From: Mobula hypostoma
Lineage: Eukaryota
Reading direction: 5' to 3'
DNA length: 64,000 nt
NCBI RefSeq assembly: GCF_963921235.1
Contig: NC_086107.1
Span: forward strand, 113,772,001 to 113,836,000
Numbering within the stretch: position 1 is the first letter of the stretch; each line of letters opens with the position of its first letter. The translations under genes were made by a program, and so were the position numbers. The notes beneath the pieces were generated by a model, which was not told the DNA's origin, made no database searches, and saw only the letters and a program-made list of their open reading frames with translations. Below are positions 11,700-24,709 of this stretch, piece after piece.

Positions 11700-12800
11700 C
11701 CTTTCCCCGTCTCCTTCTTTGGGGCAAAGCACCTGGACGCAAAGTGACCGGCTTTCCCACAATTATAGCATACGACCCCAGGAGACTTCCTACCAAACTG
11801 CTCCCGGTCTTCCTTATCCTTCTCACTAGTCCCCAGCTTACTTTCTGGCTTTGCCAGAGGATTTTCTCCGCCCTCTCGACTACCCTTCTGGTAGGGTAAA
11901 CTTTGCTTTGTGTGTTAACGCCTATTCATCCGCTAACTTAGCAGTTGCGGCTAAGGTTTCTGCCTCCTTCTCATCTAGGTAGGGCCTCATACCTTCAGGG
12001 ACACAACCTTTAAATTGCTCAATCAGTATTAGCTGTAGCAGTCTGTCATAATCTCCAGTGACCCCTTTCGAGGCGCACCAACGCTCACAATACATCTGCA
12101 CCTCACGGGCAAACTCTAAATACGTGCGGCCCCACTGCTTCCTCACATTCCGGAACCTTTGCCGGTATGCCTCCGGGACCAACTCATAAATCCTGAGCAT
12201 AGCCTCTTTCACCACATCATACTTCTGGGCATCTTCTGCTGACAATGCCAAGTAAGCTTGTTGAGCTTTTCCTTTAAGTACGCTCTGAAGTAAAACAGCC
12301 CACTTATCCCTCGGCCAGTCCTGACTTGCAGTGACTTTTTCGAAATGTAGAAAGTACCGATCAACATCGGCCTCCTCAAATGGGGAACCAACCTAACCTC
12401 CTGGGTCACCCTGAACCCTCCACCTTGGTCCGGCATTTTGCCCCTCTCGAGCGCTATCCTTAACTTTTCCAGCTCAAACTTCCTTTCCTTCTGCTTCTCT
12501 CTCTCCTCCCGTTCTAGCTGCTTCTCTTCCTGTTCTAACTGCTTTACTCGGAACTCATGCTCGAGCCTTTAATTTTTCCATCTGCATCTGCAGCTGCACT
12601 GCCTCCCCACCAGGTTTGCTGATAGACACCACCTCCAGCTCCCCGTGGGGAAACACACCTTTAGATACATAATGCTGAACGATAGCTCTGTGCATCACCA
12701 CTATCCTCGTTGTCTGCTTCCCCTTAAAAAGATTCAACCGTTTTGCAACAGTCACCAAGTCTGATTTCTTGGCATCCTCTAATGCCTCCAAGATTGGTGC
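11700..12800 (-). pseudogene. Disrupted gag of the LTR element (SCAN-like capsid and CCHC zinc knuckle)
   Basis: YDVVKEAMLRIYELVPEAYRQRFR...LILIEQFKGCVP, and zinc knuckle CYNCGKAGHFASRC at about 11729-11770. Confidence 0.85.
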
Positions 12801-14424
12801 CTTTAGAAATTCCTCAACCTCTGTTTCTGCTGTTTGATCCTTTATTTTTCTTTCGGGAATTTAACCCAATCAATCTACCCAATCCCAATTTTAGTGTTCA
12901 AAATCGCAGACAAGATCCCCGCTTATGTTACATACCCCGTAACTGGGTTGCCAAACCAGCAGAAATGGAACGCTCGTTGGAGTCTGTGATTACTAGGAAC
13001 TAATAAAGTTTTATTAAAGAAATAAGTAATACAGTACACTAATCGTAAGGATATAAATGTAACAGCTTAGCAATGATAATACACACATATACACAGAACT
13101 AGGGTAACAGGAATCAACCAAGCTCTATTGTAGTCTAGGGGTAAAATGATCAGTCTTAAGGTGAAGCAGAGTTCAGTTCAGTCTAGTGCAGTTTGAAGTA
13201 ATCGCTGTTGTTGTACTGTCGGAGAGAGAGAGTGTGAGAGATGCAGTTGGTTTCAGGCAAACCTTTCGATGCCTTCTGGTCCAGCTTTGGTCACCGACTG
13301 TGACCTCTCCGTTCCGGATGCGATCATTCTTCCGTTGTGAACCCGGCACCCAGGTAAGGGCAGACACACACCAGGTTCCCACCCACCGTACCTTTACACC
13401 CTGTGAGTCTCTGACCGATTCCCGCGAATCGGTCCTCCAAACTCCCACCAACTTGTGGGGCACACTGCTCTTTCCAGGGTCTCGTGGCATGTGTGTTGTG
13501 CCTTAGCAAACCCGCTATTTTTATCCCCCTGATGGGGTATCACCTGTCCATCAAACTTCAAACAGTTCAGGTTCAAAGCAAACGGTCTGTGGCAGACACC
13601 AACATCTGAATTGTGTCTCTTTCTCGTTAATCCCTCTCTTCTCTCTTACTGGCATTTTGAATGTTTCTCCATTGTCTTCGTTATCTCTCTCATTAGCATC
13701 ATCCGTTCTGCAGCTCTGCTTGGCTTCACACATGACAATAGAAACACAGAAAACCTACAATACAGGCCCTTCGGCCCACAAAGTTGTGCCATACATGTCA
13801 ATAAACGATAGCAGTGAACAAGCAGGTGTCAGCAGCCACAGACAGATGTATGTGCACGCACCCAGTCCGGCTTATCTTCTCCCAAGTGAACACTGGGGGG
13901 TGGGGCTGATGGCAGGGGCCAGCCCCCCGATCCAGTATGGGTGCCGTGCCACACTCCCCTCCAACACGTCTGCAACAGATAAAGCCGCAGCATGCGGCCA
14001 TGCAGCTCCCTCGCAATAAATCAGTGAACCGGACTCGCAGTATGTTACAACACCAATGTCCAGCAGGGTCTTACAATCACAAGAAAAACATCCAAGACAA
14101 TCACTGGCTGTCAAACCACACACCGCCTTCGCGCACCAACTCAGATGCCTTCCAGTAGCAGGCAGTAACACAGACTGCACCAAGTCCAGCTCCCCCGCCA
14201 ATGAGCAGCACGACCTGCAGTAGCTGAAGTTCCTTATGTCCAGCAGTATCTTGCAATTGTAAAAAAGAAAAAAAACATGTTTGGTTGACCCCAGAGAGGC
14301 CACTGTGTCTGAGTCACTGCCATCTTACTCTGTGCGAGTGGATTAACTTTGCAACTCATAGTACGTTTCATGTATTGTACTGTACTGCTGCTCTAAAGCA
14401 TACGTATATCAGTGACAACAAATC

Positions 14425-14600
14425 TGGTTCTGATTCTGTTGTTTGAAATTCTGATTGTGATTCCAATTCCGCTTGCGATTCCGATTCTGATCGTGATTCC
14501 AATTCCAATTCCGATTGCGATTCCAATTTTGATTGTGATTCCAATTCTGATTCCGACTGCGATTGCGATTCCGATCCTGTTTCTGTTTCTGATTCTGATT
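14425..14600. repeat. Degenerate (GATTCC/GATTCT)n hexamer repeat
   Basis: Expanded repeat tail about 70 nt upstream of the exon 3 acceptor. Confidence 0.85.
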
Positions 14601-14671
14601 ACATTGCTTGTGTCAGACTGGGAGCCAGGGCAGACTGGCCGGCTTCTCGGTAACGATGGGCTGTCTTGCAG

Positions 14672-14851
14672 AACGACCAGATGAGGTGCAAGCTGGCGGG
14701 GATGGAGGAGGAGTGCCTGCTGGCCCGGAGGCTCTCCAGCAAGCTGCGAGAGGACATGGAGAGCATGCCCAGCAAGCAGAGCATCAGCAAGCTGCACCTC
14801 GACAACCAGCAACTGCGCGCCACCATCCAGGAGCTGCAGCACTTCCTGCAG
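14672..14851 (+). CDS. CARD10: CARMA-family gene, exon 3 (coiled coil)
   Basis: tcttgcag|...|gtgaac, 180 nt, phase 0-0. NDQMRCKLAGMEEECLLARRLSSKLREDMESMPSKQSISKLHLDNQQLRATIQELQHFLQ. Confidence 0.92.
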
Positions 14852-15151
14852 GTGAACCACTTGCGGCGCATGGCACGGGTGGGCTGCTTTACTGATCTCA
14901 GGTAGATTCAACCTTCCTCATAGTGCAGGGCCACGATGTGTATGGGTTCATGTGTGTGAATGTGTGTGTGTCTAGGTTAGTGTGGGTTATTGTGTCTGTT
15001 TGTGTGTGTGTGTGTGTGGGGGGGGTTGATGTTTCCTATAATATTCCTAATAAATGATTCCCTCATATATCCACCAATCCCTCAATTCTCCTGCTGTTCA
15101 CTCAGACTGGGATGATTCACACTTTATTTCTGTCATTTGTCCTCCTGGCAG

Positions 15152-15301
15152 GCAAAGAACAACTTTGCCAGCACAGACAAGGTGTTCCTGGACATCGTAG
15201 ACCATGACCGGAGGGAAGCCCTCGAAGAGAGACAGGCGCTGGTAGAGAAGATCCACAACATTAGCCTGGAGCTCCAGCAAGCCGAGGAAATCCGAGACAA
15301 G
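15152..15301 (+). CDS. CARD10: CARMA-family gene, exon 4 (coiled coil)
   Basis: cctggcag|...|gttcgt, 150 nt, phase 0-0. AKNNFASTDKVFLDIVDHDRREALEERQALVEKIHNISLELQQAEEIRDK. Confidence 0.92.
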
Positions 15302-15939
15302 GTTCGTAAACCTGGTCCGGATACTCCGTAGATTCCCCCTCTGTTCCCTCTCATTGGCTGTGGCCGGTGTCCACGTCCACAGGGAGTGTCTGTTTCCACC
15401 CTACCATCAGCAGCGTCTCAGTCACCTGAGCCAATGGCAGCTTGAACCCCACCCAATGCAGCAGGGTGGGAATCATGAACTGACTAGGAGCAGGGATCCA
15501 ACACCCTAGCAACACACACAACGTGCTGGACCAATTTAGCACGTCAAGCAATATCTACGTAAATGAATAAATAGTTAGCGGTTCAGGCCAAGGCTCTTCA
15601 TCAGGACTGGAAAGGAAGGGGGAAGAAGCCAGAATGAAGGTGGGGAGAGGGGGAGCGGGAGGACGACAAGCTAGAAGATGGTAGGAGGAGCCGGGTGGGT
15701 GGGAAAGAGGGATGAAGTGCAAAGCTGGGAGGAGATAGGTGGAAAAGGTAAAGGGCTGGAGGAAAGGGAATCTGATAAGAGAGGAGAGTGATTGACACCA
15801 CCTCACAGTTTGAACAACAGTGAGACCAATTTTCTGAAGAGCCACTCTTTAGAGATACTGTGGCACCTTGAGACCAGCCCCAGGTTACTTTTCCTAATCG
15901 AAGTCTGCGCAGTACTGAAGGGATCTTATTTTGATCTAG

Positions 15940-16065
15940 CTCCAGAGGGAGAAAGAAGACCTGGGCCTCCAGTTTACACTGCTCACAAAGGAATGTCAAA
16001 TGCAAAAGCGGAGGCTCGAGACTGTTCTGCAGCAAATCGAAGAGGTTGAGAAGGAACGGGACCAG
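15940..16065 (+). CDS. CARD10: CARMA-family gene, exon 5 (coiled coil)
   Basis: tgatctag|...|gtacag, 126 nt, phase 0-0. LQREKEDLGLQFTLLTKECQMQKRRLETVLQQIEEVEKERDQ. Confidence 0.92.
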
Positions 16066-16603
16066 GTACAGTTCAAATTCAGCAGCACGGACCCTGAACC
16101 AGGGCGGATTCACCTTATTCACTCCAATGCATGTCCTTGAGGTTTTCAACGCCCTAGTGTTCCTTGTCGTCTCCTAGACTCCACATGGGTTCTCAGACCT
16201 AAACGATCAGTCTCCTGAACCAGAGTGAACAATTTCACTCACCACAACACTGAACTCATTGCACAACTATTGGCTCACTTTCAGGGACTCTACATCTCAT
16301 GTTCTCGGTATTATTTATTTATTTGTTTCTTTACTTGTTTATTATTTGGGTTTCTTTGTGTATTTTCACAGTTTGCCTTCTTTTGCACATTCGTTCAGTG
16401 ACTCTATTCTGCTTCTTTGTATCTACTGTGAATGCCCACAAGAAAATGAATCTCAGGCAACCATAAGGCCATAAGATATTGGAGCAGAATTAGGCCATTT
16501 GGCCCGTCGAGTCTGCTCTGCCATTTCATCTCAGCCCCAATCTCCCGCCTTCTCCCCGTATCCCTTCATGCTCAATAGGTTTCAATAGGTACATTTAATA
16601 GAT

Positions 16604-17305
16604 AGATAGTCATACTTTATTGATCCCGGGGGAAATTGGTTTTCATTACAGTTGCACCATAAATAATAAATAGTAATAGAACCATAAATAGTTAAATAGT
16701 AATATGTAAATTATGCCAGGAAATAAGTCCAGGACCAGCCTATTGGCTCAGGGTGTCTGACCCTCCAAGGGAGGAGTTGTAAAGTTTGATGGCCACAGGC
16801 AGGAATGAATTCCTATGACGCTCCGTGTTGCATCTCGGAGGAATGAGTCTCTGGCTGAATGTACTCCTGTGCCCACCCAGTACATTATGTAGTGGATGGC
16901 AGACATTGTCCAAGATGGCATGCAACTTGGACAGCATCCTCTTTTCAGACACCACCATGAGAGAGTCCAGTTCCATCCCCACAACATCACTGGCCTTATG
17001 AATGAGTTTGTTGATTCTGTTGGTGTCTGCTACCCTCAGCCTGCTGCCCCAGCACACAACAGCAAACATGATCGCACTGGCCATCACAGACTCGTAGAAC
17101 ATCTTCAGCATCGTCCAGCAGATGGTAAAGGACCTCAGTCTCCTCAGGAAATAGAGACGGCTCTGACCCTTCTTGTAGACAGCCTCAGTGTTCTTTGACC
17201 AGTCCAGTTTATTGTCAATTCGTATCCCCAGGTATTTGTAATCCTCCACCATGTCCACACTGACCCCCTGGATGGAAACAGGGGTCACCGGTACCTTAGC
17301 TCTCC
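16604..17305 (-). mobile_element. Second Rex1/Babar-like copy
   Basis: Minus-strand ORF nearly identical to the copy at 5052-5929. Confidence 0.88.
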
Positions 17306-17733
17306 ATACATACATAGATTGATTGTGTGTCCACAAAATGACGCTGGGCTCTACATAGGGTGACTGACAGGAAATAATACGGTTGTGGCGGAGTTACTGG
17401 TGGAGGTGTTGATCACCCTTACTGCTTGGGGAAGGGAATTGTGTACTGGAAATGAGTTAAACAGGAGAATAAAATAATTGTTACTCCGTATCCGATGCAA
17501 CACAAAAGATAAAGAACGCAACAATAATGATAAATACAGAATAAATATAAATAGATAAGATAGTTTCTATAACGTACTGCAAGAAAATGAATCTTAAGGT
17601 AGTACATGGTTTCATATGCGTATTTTGGGAATAAATTTTACTTCGACATAATGCCACGGCTAGCCGACGCTATTGCGGCTCGGAGTGTGGGAATTTGGAG
17701 TGTAATCCTGCTGGCTCGGCGAGGAGTTTATAC

Positions 17734-18566
17734 TGTTACGTACCCCGTAACTGGGTTGCCAAACCAGCAGAAATGGACCACTTAGTTGGAGTCTGGATTA
17801 CTGGAACTAAGAAAGTTTTATTAAAGAAATAAGCAACACAGTACTCTAATCAAAAGGATATAAATGCAACAGTTTAGCAATGATAAAACACACATGTACA
17901 CAGAACTAGGATAACAGGATCAATCAAGCTCTATCGCAGTCTAGGGGTAAATGATCAGTTTCAAGTGACGCAAAGTTCAGTTCAGTTCGCAGTAATCGCT
18001 GATGTGCCGTTGGGGCGGGGAGAAGAGAGAGAGCGAAAGCGAATTAATATTCAAAACGGGTTCCACACAGACCTTCGGTATTCCTCGCAGTTAGCTTTCC
18101 GGCGAGCCCTTTGTAATGTCTTCTGAGGTCACCGACTGTGACCCCTCCGTTCTGGATACGATTGTTCTTCTGCGGTGAACCCGGCACCCAGGCAAGGGCG
18201 GACACACACACCAGGTTCCCGCCGATCCGTATCTTTCTATCCTGTGCGTCTATGGCTGGTCCCGCGACCAGACCTCCAAAACTCACACCAACTTGTGGGG
18301 GCACACTGCTCCCAGGGTCTCGTTACCTCGTGGAGTCGTGTTTCTCTTGCCTTAGCGAATCTGTCCCTTTTTATCCCCCTGCTGGGGTATCGCCTGTCCA
18401 TCAAACTTCAAACAGTTCAGGGTTCAAAGCAACCGGTCTCTGACAATACTCGGAATTGTGTCTCCTTTCGGTAATCTCTCTCGTCTCTCTCTTATTAGCA
18501 CCTTGCATGTTCCCCCATTGTCCTCTTATCAGCATCAATCTTCTGATAACTGGTTCTTTTGTCACA
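17734..18566 (-). mobile_element. Solo LTR related to the Gmr1-type element, nested in a SINE
   Basis: Starts TGTTACGTACCCCGTAACTGGG, as at 8398, and ends GTCACA. Perfect ATAC TSD at 17730-17733 and 18567-18570. Confidence 0.9.
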
Positions 18567-18957
18567 ATACGTCTTCTCCATGGAATGTGTGGGTTTTCCA
18601 CGGCTGCTCCAGTCTCCTCCCACAGTCCAGCATGTACCGGGAAGGTTAGCTGGTCATTGTAAATTAACCTGTGATTGGGTTAGAGTTAAATTGGAGTTGT
18701 CGGGGGTTGCTAGATGATGTGGGTCAAAGGGCCAGATGAACTATTCTGTGTCGTATCTCTAAATAAATAAATAGATTGATTGTACATCCATAAAGTGACG
18801 CTAGATTGTACGTAAGGTGACTGACAGGAAATGATAAAGTGCTGGTGGAGGTGTTGATTGGCCTTACTGCTCGGGGAAAAGGAACTGTGTTTGAGTGACA
18901 ATAAACATAATTCTGATTCTGAAGCCTTTCTTACTTGTTCAATGTCTCTGCCAACAG

Positions 18958-19140
18958 GCACATAAAGCTCGGGACGAGGTGCACTCCATCAACACCCAGC
19001 TCTTGCTGGACAACAGCAGGTATCGGCGGGAGATTTGGAGCATGGAGGAGAAGTGCGACCGGCTGCAGATTGAGCTGACCAGAAAGGAGGGAGAGATGTC
19101 GGTCTTACGGTACCAGTTGACGGAGCAGAGATCAACCAGC
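18958..19140 (+). CDS. CARD10: CARMA-family gene, exon 6 (end of coiled coil)
   Basis: ccaacag|AHKARDEVHSINTQLLLDNSRYRREIWSMEEKCDRLQIELTRKEGEMSVLRYQLTEQRSTS|gtcagt. An alternative in-frame donor exists after 19167. Confidence 0.88.
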
Positions 19141-19249
19141 GTCAGTCTGGATCTCCCGGACCACTGTGTAATACCTTTACTTCAGTCCTTTAAAGAGCAT
19201 AAGACAGAGGGGTATAATTTAGCCATTAATTGTAAATAAGGTTGAAAGA

Positions 19250-19710
19250 ATAAAGAGAAAATTTACAAGGATGTTGCTGGGTCTGGAGGACCTGAGTTAT
19301 AAGGAAAGATTGAATAGGTTAGAACTTTATTCCTTGGAATATAGAAGATTGAGGGGAGATTTGATAGAGGTATACAAAATTATGAGGGGTATAGATAGAG
19401 TAAATGCAAGCAGGCTTTTTCCACTGAGGTTGCGTTAGACTATAACTAGAGGTCATGGGTTAAGGGTGAAAGGTGCAAAGTTTAAGTTGAACATGAAAGG
19501 AAACTTCTTCATTCAGAGGGTGGTGAGAGTGTGGAACGAGCTGCCAGCACAAGTGGTGCATCCGAGCTCGATTTCAACGCTAAGAGAAGTTTGGATACGT
19601 ACATGGATGGTACATGCAGGTCAATGGGAGCAGGTGGTTTAAATGGTTCGCACGGCCCAGATGGGCCGCTGTGCCTTGTTTCTGTGTTGAACTTTTCTAT
19701 GATTCTATGA
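19250..19710 (+). mobile_element. CR1 LINE 3' fragment
   Basis: RLRGDLIEVYKIMRGIDRVNASRLFPL-type sequence. Same subfamily at about 21255-21695, 27315-27942, 38260-38575 and 58620-59070. Confidence 0.85.
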
Positions 19711-22700
19711 GTCTATTCAGCCCCTCGGGGCTGCTCTGCTTTCCCTTTCCCTATCAATCCCATTCTGTAAATGTAACGTTATATTCTGCATTCTGGCATT
19801 GTTTTCCCTCGATGTACTGATGTGACGAAAAGATCTGTGTCAGTTTTTCACTGTACCTTGGTACGCATGATGATAATAAGCCAATTCCGGTTAACCCAAG
19901 GCACAGCTCATAGGATCTCCTGGTGGTCAACCATTTTAATTCCTATTCCCATTCCCATTCCGACATGTCGGTCCATGGGCTCTTCTTTCGGCAAGATGAG
20001 GCCAGTCTCAGAGAGGAGGAGCAACTCCTCATATTCTGTTTAGGTAGCCTCCAGCCTGAAGGCATGAACATCGATTTCTCCTTTCGGTAATCTTTTACCC
20101 CTTCTCCTTCCCTCTTCTTCCATTTCCCACCTTGCTCTCTGCCCTATCACCTCCCCCCGCTGCCCCTCCTCCTTCCGCTTCTCCCATGGTCCACTCTCCT
20201 CCCCTATCAGATTCCTCCTTCTCCGACCTTTTACCAGGCTTCACCTATCACCCTCTAGCTTGTCCTGCTTCCCCACTCCACCTTTTCATACTGGAAATTT
20301 CCCCCTCCCTTCTCAGTCCTGAAGAAGAGCCTTGGCCCGAAACGTCAACTGTTTATTCATTTCCACGGATTCTGCCTGATCTGCTGAGTTCCTCCAGCAA
20401 TTCATGTGTGCTGCTCATGGGATCTCAGCTTGGTCCAGCTTTCATGAGCGACCCCCTCACCAACAGCACAAAACTATTCAACTATGCAGTATATTAGACT
20501 ATAAAACACAGGAGCAGAATTAGGCCATTTGGCCCATCCGATCTTCTCCTCCATTCCATGATGGCTGATTCACTTTCCTTCTCAACCCCATTCTCCTGCC
20601 TTCTCCTCATAACCTCTAACACCCTCACTCATCAAGAACTTATCAAACTCCACCAATCTCCTTACTTGAAAGAAGATATATGGCTCTTGAGGTGATATAA
20701 ATGAGGTTCAACTGATTGATTTCAAAGTTGAGGGGTTAGCCTGTGATGAGAGATGGAGTTGATTAGAACTACACTGCTACAGTACGCACCCAATCGCGCC
20801 AGCCTCCAGGGTCTACAAGCTCCGATTCTCCAGAGTATAGATAGCTGGTTCCCTTCTAAGAATCTCGCCCCCTCCGCTAGTTGGCAGCCATGTTTTGGTG
20901 CCAAGATCTGGATATCTAAAGAGCACCTGAACTCAGGTTCAGAGCTCAATCGTCAGCTCAGTCTGTGATGGCGTTTAGGATCTCTGTCTCATTTGGATTC
21001 CTATCTGGTCTCGTCTAGCATCTAGTCAAGTACCCTGTTCTCATCTCAGTCTTGAAATCGTGTCTCAATTCTCAGGCACCCGGGTCCTTACCATCCTTGT
21101 CTAGGCCTCTCGTCATATATACTCGCTGAAGAATGAGAATAAGAGGATCTTGGGGAAAATAAAGTTATAAAAGGGATGGATGGGATAGACTGGTAAGTGA
21201 GACTAGAACCTGGGGACACAGCCTCAAGATTCAGGAGATTTAGAACAGAAATGAGGGTCTGGAGGACCTAAATTATAAGGAAAGATTAAATAGGTTAGAA
21301 CTTTATTTCTTAGAAAGTAGAAGATTGAGGGGAGATTTGATAGAGGTATACAAAATTATGAAGGGTGTGGATAGGGTAAATGCAAGCAGGCTTTCTCCAC
21401 TGAGGTTGGGTGAGACTACAACCAGAGGTCATTGGCTAAGGGTGAAAGGTGAAAAGTTTAAGGGAAATGTAAGAGGAAACTTCTTCACTCAGAAGGCCAT
21501 GAGAGCGTGGAATGAGCTGTCAGCGCGTGGTGCATGTGAGCTCGGTCTCAACAGTTAAGGGAAGTTTGGATAGGTATATGGATGGAGGGCTGTGGACCCA
21601 GTGCAGATTGATGGCAGTAGGCACTTAAACGGTTCAGCATGGACTAGATGGGCCAAAGGGCCTGTTTCTGTGCTGTACTTTTCTATGACTGTGACTTTGA
21701 GCTGCTTTTCCCAGAGAGAAGTGAATCTGTGGAACTCTCTGCCCTGGGAGACAGTGGAGGCTGCCTCACTAAATATACTTAAGAGACAGTGCGATAGATT
21801 TTTGCAGAGCAGGGGAATGAAGGGCGATGGGAAAAAGGTAGAGAGACAGAGCTGAGCCCATGGGCTGATCAGCCTTGATATTATAGAACGGTGGGGCAGG
21901 CTCAACAGGCAAGATGGCCGACTCCTTTTCCCATCTCTTGTGATCTGAATACTTTCGAAGTCATCAAGACAAAAGAAGTATACAAATTTGGGAGACCATA
22001 CAGTCAGTGATGTCTGTGCGGACCCATTATTCCCACCTCCACTCTGGGTCTGCACTCCTCTGTATATGACCATCTCCCCTCGCCGCTCTCAGTCCCAATG
22101 TAGGGCCTTTACCAGAAACATTTCCTCCACAGATTCAGCTCAAGCTGCTGAGTTCCTCCAGCAGTCTGGCTGTTGCGCCAGATTCCAGCTGAGAAGGGTT
22201 CATCTTCTCCCCTGGAAAACCTGCCAAGTGCAGCCTGAAGCGCTCTGAACTTCTGCAGAAACGTTCTGTGGCGTGGAAAACGATTTAGTGCTTTCCCAGC
22301 ACTCAGGATGAATGAATTCCTCTCAGGCTTCCAGCCGGGTACAGGTATCAATGTTAACTGACTTTTCGATGCCAAACTCTGCCATCTTCATCGCTGATGA
22401 AGAATTTCCCTCTCAGGTTCCCCCTAACATTTCACCCCAAACCCATGACCCCTAGTTCTAGTCCCGCCCGGCTCAGTGGAAAATCAGGTGTCGTGTAACC
22501 CTGCTGAAGGGTCTCGGCCCAGTAATCTTTTCCATTGGCGCTGCCTGGCCTGCTGAGCTCCTCCAGCATTTTGTGTGTGTTGCTGAATGGGAAAAGCCTG
22601 TTTGTATTTACCCGCTCCACACCCCTCATAATTTTGTGTACATGTTTACAGTTTACAGTTACTATTCTATAGATTTGTTGAGTACGCCCACAGAAAAAGA

Positions 22701-23399
22701 ATCTCAGGGTTGCATGTGATGACCTGTATGTACTCTGATAATAAATTATATTTTCAGCTTTGTACATCTATCAAACCTCCACTCATTCTCCTGCTCTCCA
22801 GGGAATAAAGTCCGAACCATTTCAATCTTTCCCTATAACCCAGTCCTCAAGTCCCAGCAACATCATTGTAAATTTTCCCTGTATTCTTTCGCTCTTATTA
22901 TGTGACCAGAACTGCACATAGTACTCCATCTTTGGCCTCACTTGTCCTCTGCCAGTGCTCTATCTGTTCAATTTAAAAATATCCGCGGCTGGTGCATCTA
23001 GGGTTCTTGGTACTAAAGCATCTGACTGGCCTGGGACAAGACGGTTAGATTCCAGAGGCGGGTTTTAACTTGGGGGGGGGGCGCGCGGTATGGCTCACCA
23101 AACCACAGAGGCTGGAAGATTGGCTTTGTGCAGCAGAACCACTGGGCAAGCGTTCGGAGGCCTGGCGCCCCACACCACCAGGTTCAGGAACAGCTACTTC
23201 CCTTCAACCATTTCGTTCTTGAGCAAACTGGCAAAACCCTACTTCAAGTTCAAAGTACATTTATTATCAATGAGTATGAACACCCAACATGCGGGGGAAA
23301 AAAAGAACAAATCGCGGAAACAATAAAAAACAAACAAATAATACACAGAACATGAAGCAAAGAGCCTGCAAAAGTGACCCCACAGCCACGGAGCTGGTT

Positions 23400-23690
23400 C
23401 AGTGTCACAGCCAGTCCTGGAGCCCTTTGGCTGTAGGCCACAGCTGCAGAGCCAGTTCAGCACTGAGGGGAGTGCTGATGGCCGCAGGCCGCAGCCTCGA
23501 AACTACTCAGCGTCACAGCCAGTCCAGAAGCCTGGTGGCTGCAGGCCACAGCCTCGGAACTAGTCAGTGTCACAGCCAGTCCAGAAGCCTGGTGGCTGCA
23601 GGCCACAGCCTCGAAACTAGTCAGCGTCACAGCCAGTCCAGAAGCCTGGTGGCTGCAGGCCACAGCCATGGAGACAGTTCAGCCCTGAGG
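23400..23690. repeat. 57-bp minisatellite
   Basis: Unit CACAGCCAGTCCAGAAGCCTGGTGGCTGCAGGCCACAGCCTCGGAACTAGTCAGTGT at 23514, 23571 and 23628 (partial), plus degenerate copies upstream. Confidence 0.85.
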
Positions 23691-24247
23691 TGAATGAAGC
23701 CACGGTGTAGCAACCCTTTGATTGCTTTGCACCAAAATCTTTTCTTTTGTTTGAATTGTAGAAATGTGTACAATGTGTGGATGATCAGCCATGATCATAG
23801 TGAATGGCGGTGCTGGCTCAAAGGGCCGAATGGCCTACTCCTGCACCTATTGTCTATTGTCTATTCTGGTTTTCTTGTGAATGCTGCGTATCTGATGCTG
23901 CTGCAAGTAAGTTTTTCATTGCACCTGTGCATACATGGACTTGTGCTTTGACAATAAATATGACTTTGATGGTGTTTCACCAACCCCCCTCCCAACAGTA
24001 CTGAGCCCCCTTAGGAATGGGCGGAGGGGAGTGTCGTTGAGGAGAGGGGGCATGAACCGTGCTGGATCTGTTCAAAGTTCAAAGTAAATTTTATTAACAA
24101 AGTACATATATGTCACCATATACAGCCCTGAGATTCATTTTCCTGTGGGCATACTCAACAGATCTATAGAATAGTGACTATAACAGGATCAATGAAAGAC
24201 AACGGTTCTCTCCACCCAGCTAACGCCCGGTTTCGTTGACTCCTTAG

Positions 24248-24364
24248 AGTCTGACAAGCAGCAGTCCCGATTCCATTGGCTGTGCCGAGGAATGGAGCAG
24301 CGTGGATCCAAAAAAAGGCAGGAGCTTCCCCACGTCCAACCTCAGCAGGCGGAATTGCGTCAAG
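24248..24364 (+). CDS. CARD10: CARMA-family gene, exon 7 (linker)
   Basis: ctccttag|...|gtacgg, 117 nt, phase 0-0. SLTSSSPDSIGCAEEWSSVDPKKGRSFPTSNLSRRNCVK. Low conservation; supported by splice signals and phase. Confidence 0.72.
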
Positions 24365-24709
24365 GTACGGAGTTACGGAGTGGGGAAGTTGGGGGGGGGG
24401 CGGGGAGATACGTTATCTCTCCACCTCGAGTCATCCGTCCCTTCACAGTATGAGCTCTCTGCACAGTGAGCTTCCAGATTGCAGGAGACTTCAATCATGA
24501 ACTTTTACCCAAACTCCACCACAAGTCACCATGGCCATTAGGGGATAAACAGACTGGGCACACACTCAACATTTTTCGGAACAACTTCTTCCCCTCCGCC
24601 ATCAGATTTCTGAATGGACAATGAACCCATATACACTACCTCAGTATTTTTTTTTTCTCTTTTTGCTCTATTTATTTACTTTAATTCTCTTCTGCACATA
24701 TAATTTATC

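Larger units (their letters stand above)
8398..13737 (-). mobile_element. Gmr1-type Ty3/gypsy LTR retrotransposon, two LTRs, internally deleted
   Basis: LTRs at 8398-9215 and 12926-13737 (TGTTAC...TGACA). PPT at 9216-9230. Degenerate tRNA-Pro-like PBS next to 12925. Internal order is gag-PR-IN remnant-RT-RH. Flanks are GTAG and ATAG. Confidence 0.93.

Noticed and set aside
22259..22344. Candidate extra linker exon
   Set aside because: It has a stop in the required phase-0 frame and overlaps a Penelope-like repeat.
23400..23690. CRISPR-like array (also 44329-44452 and the 27-bp duplication at 27217-27270)
   Set aside because: These are head-to-tail units with no unique spacers, in a eukaryotic intron.
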